31,323 nucleotides of DNA from Anaerolineae bacterium (GTDB lineage Bacteria; Chloroflexota; Anaerolineae; B4-G1). The stretch lies in assembly GCA_027079895.1 (NCBI GenBank), contig JALWUZ010000012.1:1-31323 (forward strand), read 5' to 3'. Both the position numbers and the translations under genes were made by a program. Below, one piece after another: positions 8,138 to 16,363 of this stretch. Every line of letters starts with the position of its first letter. Position 1 is the first letter of the stretch. The notes beneath the pieces were generated by a model, which saw only the letters and a list, made by a program, of their open reading frames with translations, had not been told where the DNA came from and did not search any database.

Positions 8138-9477
8138 TGGAGCAGTTCGATGTGTTGCTGGTCAACGGCCTGGTCGTCACCGGAGAGGGGGTGCGGCGGG
8201 CCGATGTAGCCATTCGTGGTGAGCAAATCGCCGCCGTCGCGCCCAATCTGCCGCGCACAGGGGCGCGGGAGGTGGTGGACGTGAAGGGGAAGTATGTCCT
8301 GCCCGGCATCATTGACGTGCATGTCCACCCGGTCTATCTGGACGATGTCGAGCATTGTTCCCGCGTCGCGGCCTACGGCGGCACGACGACGATTATTCAC
8401 TACGCCTACGCCCGCACCGGCGACAGTCTTTTGCAAAAGGTGGAGGAGATGTTGGAGGACGGGCAGGCGCATTCGCTGACCGATTTCGGGCTGCACGGGG
8501 GGATGTTCGAGGCGTCACGCCAGATAGCGGAGATTCCCCAGGTGATGAGGTTGGGGGTGCGCACGTTCAAGTTTTTCATGCCTTATATCAAGCAGGGGTG
8601 GACGACGGACGATTATCACTTGGTCAAGGCGATGGATCTGCTGGCGGAATTGGGGGGGATGGTGATGGTGCATGCGGAGAACGGCGGGGCGATTGATTAT
8701 CTGGAGGATAAGTATCTCACTCGCCCCGACGCTTCGGCGGCCTATTTCAATCTGACCCGGCCGGCGGCGATGGAGGAGGAGGCGGTTTTCCGCGCGATTC
8801 GGATGGCGGAGGTGACGGGCTGCCCGCTCTACATCGTCCACAACACCACCCGCCGCGCACTGCGGCATATCCGCGAGGCGCAGGAGGCGGGTCAACAGGT
8901 CTATGCCGAGACTTGTCCGCAGTATCTCACGCTGACGAAGAAGGTGGTCGAGGAGCGGGGGGCGTTGGCGAAGATCGGGCCGCCCATCCGCACCGAGGAG
9001 GACCGGCTCGCGCTCTGGGACGCGCTGGCCGAAGGGGTGATTCAGGTGGTGGCGACGGATCACGCTCCCAAACGCAAGGATGTGAACGGCGATTTTCTGG
9101 CCCAGCCGTTCGGTTCGCCGCAGATCGAGACGTTGTTGCCGCTGGTTCACGATGAGGGGGTGAATCGGGGACGCATTAGTCTGGTGCGGATGGTGCAGGT
9201 GCTGAGCGAGAATCCGGCCCGTATTTTCGGCCTGTATCCGCAGAAAGGGACGCTCGCGCCCGGCTCCGACGCCGATGTGGTGGTGTTCGACCCGACACGA
9301 GAGTTCACTATCCGGGCGGAGAATCAGCACTCGAAGGCGGGGTATACGCTCTACGAGGGGCGCACGGTTCTCGGATGGCCGGAGTTGAGTTTTCAGCGCG
9401 GACGAGCGGTGTTGCGGGACGGGGAGGTGGTGGCGCAGCCGGGACAGGGGAGGTTTTTGGAGGTGGGGGGGAGGTAG
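8137..9477 (+). CDS. hydA: Dihydropyrimidinase/hydantoinase-like cyclic amidohydrolase
   Basis: PGIIDVHVH, FKFFM (carbamylated Lys position), VHAENG, IVH and ATDHAP motifs. Confidence 0.82.
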   Translation: MEQFDVLLVNGLVVTGEGVRRADVAIRGEQIAAVAPNLPRTGAREVVDVKGKYVLPGIIDVHVHPVYLDDVEHCSRVAAYGGTTTIIHYAYARTGDSLLQKVEEMLEDGQAHSLTDFGLHGGMFEASRQIAEIPQVMRLGVRTFKFFMPYIKQGWTTDDYHLVKAMDLLAELGGMVMVHAENGGAIDYLEDKYLTRPDASAAYFNLTRPAAMEEEAVFRAIRMAEVTGCPLYIVHNTTRRALRHIREAQEAGQQVYAETCPQYLTLTKKVVEERGALAKIGPPIRTEEDRLALWDALAEGVIQVVATDHAPKRKDVNGDFLAQPFGSPQIETLLPLVHDEGVNRGRISLVRMVQVLSENPARIFGLYPQKGTLAPGSDADVVVFDPTREFTIRAENQHSKAGYTLYEGRTVLGWPELSFQRGRAVLRDGEVVAQPGQGRFLEVGGR

Positions 9478-9531
9478 GCAGGTTTGCAAGTGGCAAGTGT
9501 GCAGGTGGGCAGGTTTGCAAGTTTGCAGGTG
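9478..9531 (+). repeat. Tandem 7-8 bp repeat GCA(A/G)GT(N1-2), seven units, between convergent genes
   Basis: gcaggttt gcaagtg gcaagtgt gcaggtgg gcaggttt gcaagttt gcaggtg, directly after the hydA stop. Confidence 0.8.
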
Positions 9532-9554
9532 GCAGTAGGAGGCCCGCGTGTCCG

Positions 9555-10757
9555 TCAGGGATGGCGCGGGTTTTGTTTTTGGGGACCCTGCTCCTGGGGT
9601 GCGCCGAGCAGTGTGCGGTAGAACGAGAGGAGGCGGGACTGTTCCCGCTCCCAGGTGTAACGGGACAGCACCACCGCGCGGCCCCGCTCGCCCATCGCCC
9701 TGGCCTCGACGGGGTGGTCGCGCAGCCAGAGGACGGCATCGGCCCAGGCGGCGGCATCCTCCGGCGGGACGACCAGGCCACAGTCAGCCTCTTCGATGTA
9801 GACGCGGCGGTGCGGATAGTCCGCGCTGACGACCGGCAGGCCGCAGAGCATGTACTCGAACAGTTTGGTAGTGAGGCCGGGGTTCTTGTATTGCCGGGTG
9901 ACGAGGCCCGGTATCAGACCCACGTCGGCAGCGACCAGGTAGTGTTTCAGTTCCTCGTGAGGTACTCTCCCCAGCCAATGCACTTGGTCGGACAGGCGGT
10001 GGGCCGCTGTGAAGGAGCGGATGTGCTCGATGTAGGCCGGAGAGGTGTCAGGGCCAATCAGGAACAGACGCACGCCTCGAACGCCGTCGGCGCGTAGACG
10101 GCGCATCATCTCTAGCAAGACGTCAATGCCCCGTTTGGGGAGTATCAAGCCCACGTAGATCAGTTTGAACCCCTCCCCGGCCAGCGCGGGGTGGGGATGA
10201 GCGTCCCGAAATATCCGGGCGTGAGGGAGGTTCCTGACGACGGCCACCGGCCCGGCGAAATCTTGGTACAGAGCGGCCTGTCCATCCACCGCGCAGACGA
10301 TGCCGTCCACTCCGCGCACCAGCAGCCGCTCCAAAAGTCCGGCCACAAAGCGGACGAAAGGACGCAGCCGCCGGGGAATCCAGTACTTGCCGGCCAGCGA
10401 GTCCACAAAGTACTCATGCACGTCGTAGACGATTTTGACCCGGCGACCGAACGCCAGGCGGAACCAGGGCACGAGCAGGAGCAGTTCCGGGTCGTGGAAG
10501 TGAATCACGTCGGGGCGCAGACGCAGCGCTCGACGCCAAAGCCGCAGCCACACCAACGGACGCCCCCGACGGGTACGCGGTCGCGGTACGCAGAAAAACT
10601 GGACGCCGTCTCTGTCTGGGGGGCAGTCGTCGGAGGGAGCGAGCAGCGTCACCTGGTAGCCGCCCTCCGCCAACGTGGTGCTCTCGCGGTGGAAGATACG
10701 ACCATCCAGGGGCGAATGAACCGAGGTCAGGACGCACACCCGAGCCGCCGTCATCAT
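9555..10757 (-). CDS. Glycosyltransferase family 4
   Basis: MMTAARVCVLTSVH..DGRIFHRE N-terminus, PDVIHFHD, KRGID and TKLFEYMLCG motifs. Start overlaps the wbqC stop; the longer ORF extension is spurious. Confidence 0.9.
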   Translation of the reverse strand: MMTAARVCVLTSVHSPLDGRIFHRESTTLAEGGYQVTLLAPSDDCPPDRDGVQFFCVPRPRTRRGRPLVWLRLWRRALRLRPDVIHFHDPELLLLVPWFRLAFGRRVKIVYDVHEYFVDSLAGKYWIPRRLRPFVRFVAGLLERLLVRGVDGIVCAVDGQAALYQDFAGPVAVVRNLPHARIFRDAHPHPALAGEGFKLIYVGLILPKRGIDVLLEMMRRLRADGVRGVRLFLIGPDTSPAYIEHIRSFTAAHRLSDQVHWLGRVPHEELKHYLVAADVGLIPGLVTRQYKNPGLTTKLFEYMLCGLPVVSADYPHRRVYIEEADCGLVVPPEDAAAWADAVLWLRDHPVEARAMGERGRAVVLSRYTWEREQSRLLSFYRTLLGAPQEQGPQKQNPRHP

Positions 10758-11449
10758 TCCCCCAGCAAAACCGTCCTGCTCTCCGGCCCGCAGTTGAAGA
10801 GCAAGTCCACGATGGAGAGATTGGGAACGAACTCGCCGAATAACTGCGGGTACACCGGGCAGGTGAACTCCTGGTAGGTCAGGCGGATGCCGTTGGCGGC
10901 GTAGTACGTTTCGTCGTTGTACTTGCGTGCTCCCTGGCCGGAGAGGTAGGTGTCGGCTCCCAGGCGGCGGCAGATGTTGACGATCAACTCGCTTTTCTGT
11001 CCCGTCACCTCCGGCAGCGCGGAGAGGCGGTGGAGCGGGGTGTCTATCTCCAGTTGGGAGAGGAAGTAGCGAATCAGGGCGATGTTCATCTCCACGAAAG
11101 ACAGGGGCTGGAGCAGGATTTCCGCAATCTGGTCGAAATAGGGGTGGAAGTGGGGCGCACGACTGTAGTTGACGCGCAGGGTCTTCAGGTGCTTTTTCTT
11201 CCACCGGTCGTCGCGCAGGATGACGTCCAGGTAGGAAGCCTTGCCCTGAGTGCCCTTCGGCAGCGAGACGGGCACTGTGAGCCATTGGGCGCCCTGAACG
11301 GTCTTGATGCGGTTGCGGTTGGCGACGCTCCTCCCACGAGGGTACTGGGTGCTGTCCAAGAAGACGAAGTGGTCCACCTGGGCGATTTTGTGGAAGTACC
11401 CTACCCAGGGGAGGTAATTCGGCTGGTGGACGGCTACGGTCACGCTCAT
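10754..11449 (-). CDS. wbqC: WbqC family protein
   Basis: HQPNYLPWVGYFHKI, NRNRIK, YLSGQGARKY and NLSIVDLLFNCG signature motifs. Confidence 0.93.
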   Translation of the reverse strand: MSVTVAVHQPNYLPWVGYFHKIAQVDHFVFLDSTQYPRGRSVANRNRIKTVQGAQWLTVPVSLPKGTQGKASYLDVILRDDRWKKKHLKTLRVNYSRAPHFHPYFDQIAEILLQPLSFVEMNIALIRYFLSQLEIDTPLHRLSALPEVTGQKSELIVNICRRLGADTYLSGQGARKYNDETYYAANGIRLTYQEFTCPVYPQLFGEFVPNLSIVDLLFNCGPESRTVLLGE

Positions 11450-11463
11450 CGGACTCGTCCTGT

Positions 11464-12465
11464 CTACGGGTCGTCCCGCTCGAACCGGTCAAGCAGACGC
11501 CGGAACGCGGCCCGCGACGTCGGGTCGTCGTAGGTGCGGAAGGGGAAACTCTCCGGCGGGGTGGCGGTCATCTCGATTTCTGCGTCGAACCACTGCCGAC
11601 ATCGTTCCTGAATCCGCTGCAAGATGCCCGTCGGGCTCGCGCACAGTTCCCGGTAGGTCAGCGAGATGACGCGCTCTTGTCCTACGGCGGAGATCTGCTG
11701 CCGGTACAGCCGCCGCAGGTAGTAGACCTGCCCGGCGATCTGCTCCATATACGGCTTGTCCTTCAGCCACTCGTACTCCAGCGGGACGGTGCTCCACCAG
11801 AGGTTGGGGTCGTCGTAATACTCCCGGCGGGCCTTGAGGATGGAGATGGCACTGTCCACCGGGTCGCGCTCGATGTAGACGAAGACCGCTTTCCCCAGAA
11901 GGCGCAGCAGCCGCTCGATGTAGTATCCCCCAAAGAGGTTTTTGAACACCAGAGGACGGTCGAACTCGTGTTGGATGTTGAGCAGCGTCCGCCGCAGGCC
12001 GGGCCAGTCTATCTCGGCGGCCCGCTCTTGCGCCCGCGCGAAGTCGGTCAGCGTCTCCGCCCGAAACCAGTGCCGCCAAAAGTAGCCAAAGGCGTGCAGG
12101 TCGGTGATGTGGCCGGTCGTCGCGTACCGCGATTGGTAGTCGGTGTGCTTTTCGGTGAACAGGATTTTCGAGAGGCGGATGCCCGTCACCGGAGCGAGCC
12201 AGAAGCGGGCGATGAAGTTGTTGATGTAGCCGATGTCGAAACTGTGGGCGATCAGTTGCGCCAGCAAGGTAGTGCCGGAACGCGGCACGCCAAGGACGAA
12301 GAGGATCGGGTAGGATTCCGGGTAATCGCCGTAGAGTTGTATCTCCCGCTCCCGCAGGTACAGGTTGAGGTCGAGCAGGAAGTTTTCGTCGGCGGGGGAT
12401 TTGAGGTGCTCCCGGCGGCGTCGAAGGTTCAGGTCTTGCAGGGAAGCGGTCACTTCATAATCCAT
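11464..12465 (-). CDS. PAPS-dependent sulfotransferase
   Basis: 5'-PSB loop VLGVPRSGTTLL and 3'-PB-like YIERDPVDSAIS. Confidence 0.88.
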   Translation of the reverse strand: MDYEVTASLQDLNLRRRREHLKSPADENFLLDLNLYLREREIQLYGDYPESYPILFVLGVPRSGTTLLAQLIAHSFDIGYINNFIARFWLAPVTGIRLSKILFTEKHTDYQSRYATTGHITDLHAFGYFWRHWFRAETLTDFARAQERAAEIDWPGLRRTLLNIQHEFDRPLVFKNLFGGYYIERLLRLLGKAVFVYIERDPVDSAISILKARREYYDDPNLWWSTVPLEYEWLKDKPYMEQIAGQVYYLRRLYRQQISAVGQERVISLTYRELCASPTGILQRIQERCRQWFDAEIEMTATPPESFPFRTYDDPTSRAAFRRLLDRFERDDP

Positions 12466-13085
12466 CGTAGCACCTCGAACGCCTCCGCGTACCGGCCTTC
12501 GATTTGGGTGCCGCGCGTGCGGGCCAGACTCCAGACGAACTCGTCATCCAGATAGGCACGGTGGGCCTGGCTATGGTAGCAATGCAGGGCCTCGATTTTG
12601 CGCTCCACGTGGTGTTTTTTCAGCGGGATGAAGCAGCGGGTCTCGAAGACGATGTTGTTCCAAGGCTCCTCGTAGCCCAAGACGGTGTGCCGCTTGAAGG
12701 CCCGCAATCCCTCGGCGGCGATGACCTGATGGTCTTGGTGGATGTCGTGGGGGGAGGGCACCAGAATCAGGTCGGGGTTGAGTTGGCGTCGGAGGTCAAC
12801 GAGAATCTGGAGGATCTCCTGCCGATGTTCTGGGAAGTGGCGCACGGGGAAATCGTAGATGAACAGGTGTTCTGGGAGGATGCCCAAAACGCGGGTGGCC
12901 TCTTTGACCTCTATTTCCAGGATGTTGTCGGGGAACTCCGGGCGCACCGATGTGCGGGCGGTGGAGAACGCGGCGTAGTAAACCTTGCGCCCTTCCTCGA
13001 TGAAACGGGCGATGGTGCCGCCACAGCCGATCTCGCCGTCGTCGGTGTGGGGGGCCAGAATCAAAACGGATTTAGAGATGTCCAT
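12450..13085 (-). CDS. PIG-L/LmbE family N-deacetylase
   Basis: APHTDDGEIGCGG (HxDD) and DIHQDH motifs; start taken at ATG 13085. Confidence 0.9.
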   Translation of the reverse strand: MDISKSVLILAPHTDDGEIGCGGTIARFIEEGRKVYYAAFSTARTSVRPEFPDNILEIEVKEATRVLGILPEHLFIYDFPVRHFPEHRQEILQILVDLRRQLNPDLILVPSPHDIHQDHQVIAAEGLRAFKRHTVLGYEEPWNNIVFETRCFIPLKKHHVERKIEALHCYHSQAHRAYLDDEFVWSLARTRGTQIEGRYAEAFEVLRWIMK

Positions 13086-13494
13086 TGCTCTCACTCTTTT
13101 TCCTCGTTTCGGACGTGTGACGCGCGTCGTCACCGGCTCTCCAATGCCTGTAGACCCAATTCACCGCCTGTTTTGGCAACCGGAACTGTCTTTGGCTCAT
13201 AGACCGCCACTCTTCTTCAGTATAGACCAACACATCCACAGGCACCGGGAGTTCCGTTGTATCCCATTCGACCGACCGTCGTGTGAAAGGTTGCTCAGAA
13301 TGGGTCACGATGATGATCAGGTCTAGGTCGCTCCCCACGCCCCAGTCACCGCGAGCGTAAGAGCCGAAGTAGCCAATTTGAACGACATCTGTACGATGGC
13401 GGAGCACTTCTTCTACCCACCGGTGCAGCGCCCGCTCGACCATCTGGTCACTGGGCCATTTGAGCACGGACGAATTCAACGATCTCACCGGCAT
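13072..13494 (-). CDS. Minimal nucleotidyltransferase (MNT) antitoxin with a read-through C-terminal tail
   Basis: GSYARGDWGVGSDLD (GSx10DxD). The typical MPVRSLNSSVLKWP start overlaps the HEPN end, and the frame runs through the 41-bp repeat. Confidence 0.85.
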   Translation of the reverse strand: MPVRSLNSSVLKWPSDQMVERALHRWVEEVLRHRTDVVQIGYFGSYARGDWGVGSDLDLIIIVTHSEQPFTRRSVEWDTTELPVPVDVLVYTEEEWRSMSQRQFRLPKQAVNWVYRHWRAGDDARHTSETRKKSESNGHL

Positions 13495-13840
13495 AGCGAA
13501 TAGCCTCCTCGCTTTGCAGGGGGCCATAATGTTCAAAGGGCGCCCCCTGCGGGTGGCTGTTCGGATAGCGGGCAGGGATATAGAAATTGTCCAGCACGCG
13601 GCCTTGCTCTATCAACTGTTCTGGCACCGACACCGTCTCTGGCAATTCCCGCAAAAGCCGGGCCACGACGTGCCCCCACGCCTCCTGACCTGTATACAGG
13701 TGTAGCGCTTTGACCGCCTTCTCGGCCGCCTGTTGGGCGGCAAAACAGGCCCACTCGTGGCGCCCATCGCGCATCGAGTCTCGCGCCTGTTCCAAGTCTC
13801 GCAGTGATTGATTGAACCAATCATACGCGCGATTTGGCAT
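13448..13840 (-). CDS. HEPN domain protein (toxin of HEPN-MNT pair)
   Basis: CFAAQQAAEKAVKAL, WGH and YIPARYPNSH motifs; RBS AAGAAGGGA before ATG 13840. Confidence 0.9.
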   Translation of the reverse strand: MPNRAYDWFNQSLRDLEQARDSMRDGRHEWACFAAQQAAEKAVKALHLYTGQEAWGHVVARLLRELPETVSVPEQLIEQGRVLDNFYIPARYPNSHPQGAPFEHYGPLQSEEAIRYAGEIVEFVRAQMAQ

Positions 13841-13903
13841 TCCCTTCTTACCCCCCATCTGCAATTTGTCTCTGTGCTCGTCACCAGTGGAGACATTGTC
13901 GCT

Positions 13904-13912
13904 ATTGTATCA
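13904..13912 (-). promoter_or_regulatory. Extended -10 promoter element for the HEPN-MNT cassette
   Basis: Minus strand TGATACAAT (TGn-TACAAT), about 65 nt upstream of the HEPN start and inside the repeat-bounded insert. Confidence 0.5.
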
Positions 13913-14043
13913 CGGCTGCTCTGCCCAAACAAACATTGCTGGTGTGTTCGAAGCAAGTCGGTTCTGTGGGACGTCGTCTGCTCGACGCTGACGGTGCTTC
14001 CGCCGGTACACGCCTTCTCGTCTCGGACGTGTGACGCGCGTCG

Positions 14044-15204
14044 TCACCGGCTCTCCAGCAAACGCTCATACAACGTGAGCAATTTGCGGGCCTCATGCCC
14101 CCAGTTCAGTTCCTCGCGGGCGGCCCGGCGGGCGTTACGGCACATCCGCTCGTACCGCTCCCGATCGTTGAGCAGGCTGTTGATGACGCGAGCGATGTCC
14201 TGCGGGTCGCTCTGGTCGAAGACGGCGCCGACGCCGTAAGTCTCGACGATGCGCCGCTTCTCCGGCTGGTCGCTGACCGCCGCCGGGATACCGGCCATGA
14301 TGTAGTGGAACAGTTTGTTGCCCGCGCCGTAGTGGTAACTCAGGTCCACGTCCTGGGTGGGAATCACGCCCAGGTCGGCGGAGGCGACGTAGCGGGCCAC
14401 CTCGTCCGGCGGCACCGGTTCGCGGAACAGAACGCGCTCCTGCAACCCCATCTGGGAGACCAGCGATTGAAGCCGTCCGTTCAGCCGATCCTTGCCCATC
14501 AGGACGACGACGGCCCGGTCGAGGTGCGGCGCGGCGCGTATCAGGTGCTCCAGTCCCCGACCAGGGGCGAAGAGGCCGGGATAGATAACGATGCGCTGTT
14601 CCGGCGGGATGTGCAATTCCTCCCGCAAGACAGCATTGCGCTCAACGGGCCGATACTCCTGACAGTTCATCAACACGACCGGCGGCGCGATGCGATACCG
14701 CCGGGCCAGCAGTTCCGCGATGGGCGGGTTGATGGTGATGACAGCGTCGGCGCGACGGGCCAGAAATCTCTCGGTGAACATCACCAGGCGGCGCACCCAG
14801 GCGGCCCGGAGGAGCACCGCGTGCCGCTCGGCCCACAGTTCGTGGGCGTCGTAGACCAGGCGGGCGCACGAGCGGCGGGCGGCAAGGTAGCCGGGCACCA
14901 GCGCGTTCACGTCGTGGGCGTGGACGACCGCCGGGTGCAGGTGGGCGACACGGGCGACGGCGCGGACTATGAACTCCAGGTACTTGAGCAGCCGCACGCC
15001 GAAGTGAGCCCCCCAGCCCCGCGAGCGCAGCCGGATACGCTCCACCAGGTAGCCGTCCCGCTCCTCTGTCTCCGGCAAGTCACCGCCGTGCAGGGCGAAG
15101 ACGGTGACCGAGTATCCGGCCTCGGCGAGTGTCTTGGCCTCCTTCTCCACGCGGGTATCGTGGGTGAAGGCGTTGATGACGAGCATGGCGACGCGCTTGT
15201 TCAT
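14044..15204 (-). CDS. Glycosyltransferase family 4
   Basis: DTRVEKEA, VHAHD, VYDAHE, PGRGLE and NKLFHY motifs. Confidence 0.9.
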   Translation of the reverse strand: MNKRVAMLVINAFTHDTRVEKEAKTLAEAGYSVTVFALHGGDLPETEERDGYLVERIRLRSRGWGAHFGVRLLKYLEFIVRAVARVAHLHPAVVHAHDVNALVPGYLAARRSCARLVYDAHELWAERHAVLLRAAWVRRLVMFTERFLARRADAVITINPPIAELLARRYRIAPPVVLMNCQEYRPVERNAVLREELHIPPEQRIVIYPGLFAPGRGLEHLIRAAPHLDRAVVVLMGKDRLNGRLQSLVSQMGLQERVLFREPVPPDEVARYVASADLGVIPTQDVDLSYHYGAGNKLFHYIMAGIPAAVSDQPEKRRIVETYGVGAVFDQSDPQDIARVINSLLNDRERYERMCRNARRAAREELNWGHEARKLLTLYERLLESR

Positions 15205-16346
15205 CCCGCCGCCTCGAGGGAGCGATATAGGTCGAGCAGTTTCCGCTCCTCCACTCCCCAGTTCAGTTCCTCGCGGGCGGCGCGACGGGCGTTACGGCAC
15301 ATTCGCTCATACCGCTCCCGGTCGCCGAGCAGGTCGTTGATGGCCTGGGCGATACTGCGGGGGTCGGTCTCGTCGAAGACGACGCCGACATCGTAGGTCT
15401 CGACGATGCGCCGTTTCTCCGGCTGGTCGCTGACCGCCGCCGGGATGCCGGCCATGATGTAGTGGAAGAGTTTGTTCCCGCTGCCGTAGTAGTAACTGAG
15501 TTTGATCGCCAGGGTGGGCATAACTCCCACGTCCGCACTGGCGACGTAGCGCGTCACCTCCTCGGATGGAACCGGCGGGTGGAAGTAGACGCGGTCGGAC
15601 ACGCCCAACTCTTCGCTCAGGCGTTGGAGTTTGCCGTTCAGCCGGTCGCGCCCCATCAGTACGACCACCGTCCGCTCTAGGTAGGGAACGGCGGCCAGGA
15701 GGTTTTCCAGGCCGCGCCCGGCGGTCAGGGAGCCGGCGTAGATGGCGATGCGCCGGTCGGGGGGGATGTGCAGTTCACGGCGCAGGAGGTCGCTTTTCTC
15801 GACCTCTACGTACTCCTGACAATTCATCAGCACGACGGGCGAGACTCCGTACAGGCGGTGCAACTCCTGGGCGACGGACTCGTTGACGGTGATGACCCCC
15901 TGGGCGCGGCGGGCGAGAGCGCCCTCTATGCGCTGCATAGCCGCGAGACGCAAGCGGGCCGTCCACTTGTGGGCGATGCCGCCACTCCAGAGTTCGTGCG
16001 CGTCGTAGACCAGAGACGCTCCCGTCAGTCGGGCGGCGAGATAGGCTTGCAGGAGGGCGTTGGCATCGTGGGCGTGGTAGACGTCGGCCCGTTCGCGCAC
16101 CAGTGCGGCGGTCAGGGCCCAAATCTGCTCGGCAAGCAGCATCCCCGGCACCCGCCAGGCGGTGCGTGCCAGGCGCAACTCCCTCCGACGCACGGTGAAG
16201 CCGCCCATCCTCTCCTGTGCCGGAAGCCGGCCATCTCCTAGAGCCCAGACCGTCACATCGTGACCGTCCCGCGCCAGTGAATGGGCCTCTTTGTAGACGC
16301 GGGTATCGTGGGTGAATTTGTTGAGGACGAGCATGCAGATCTTCAC
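15201..16346 (-). CDS. Glycosyltransferase family 4, paralog of the adjacent gene
   Basis: DTRVYKEA, YHAHD, VYDAHE and NKLFHY motifs. GTG 16346 behind RBS GGAGG is preferred; ATG 16367 is the alternative start. Confidence 0.88.
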   Translation of the reverse strand: MKICMLVLNKFTHDTRVYKEAHSLARDGHDVTVWALGDGRLPAQERMGGFTVRRRELRLARTAWRVPGMLLAEQIWALTAALVRERADVYHAHDANALLQAYLAARLTGASLVYDAHELWSGGIAHKWTARLRLAAMQRIEGALARRAQGVITVNESVAQELHRLYGVSPVVLMNCQEYVEVEKSDLLRRELHIPPDRRIAIYAGSLTAGRGLENLLAAVPYLERTVVVLMGRDRLNGKLQRLSEELGVSDRVYFHPPVPSEEVTRYVASADVGVMPTLAIKLSYYYGSGNKLFHYIMAGIPAAVSDQPEKRRIVETYDVGVVFDETDPRSIAQAINDLLGDRERYERMCRNARRAAREELNWGVEERKLLDLYRSLEAAG

Positions 16347-16363
16347 CGCGTTTCCTCCGCATG

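Larger units (their letters stand above)
13103..14057. repeat. 41-bp direct repeat (40/41 identical) bracketing the HEPN-MNT cassette
   Basis: CTCGTYTCGGACGTGTGACGCGCGTCGTCACCGGCTCTCCA at 13103-13143 and 14017-14057; the second copy includes the GT4 stop codon. Confidence 0.93.

Noticed and set aside
9478-9531. CRISPR array
   Set aside because: Units are 7-8 bp with no spacers, and no cas genes are present
10758-11492. N-terminal extension of the 645-aa ORF (9555-11492)
   Set aside because: Overlaps wbqC out of frame; GT4 similarity starts only at 10757
13144-14016. Insertion sequence or integron cassette
   Set aside because: No transposase or integrase ORF, no terminal inverted repeats and no recognisable attC structure; reported as a repeat-flanked cassette instead
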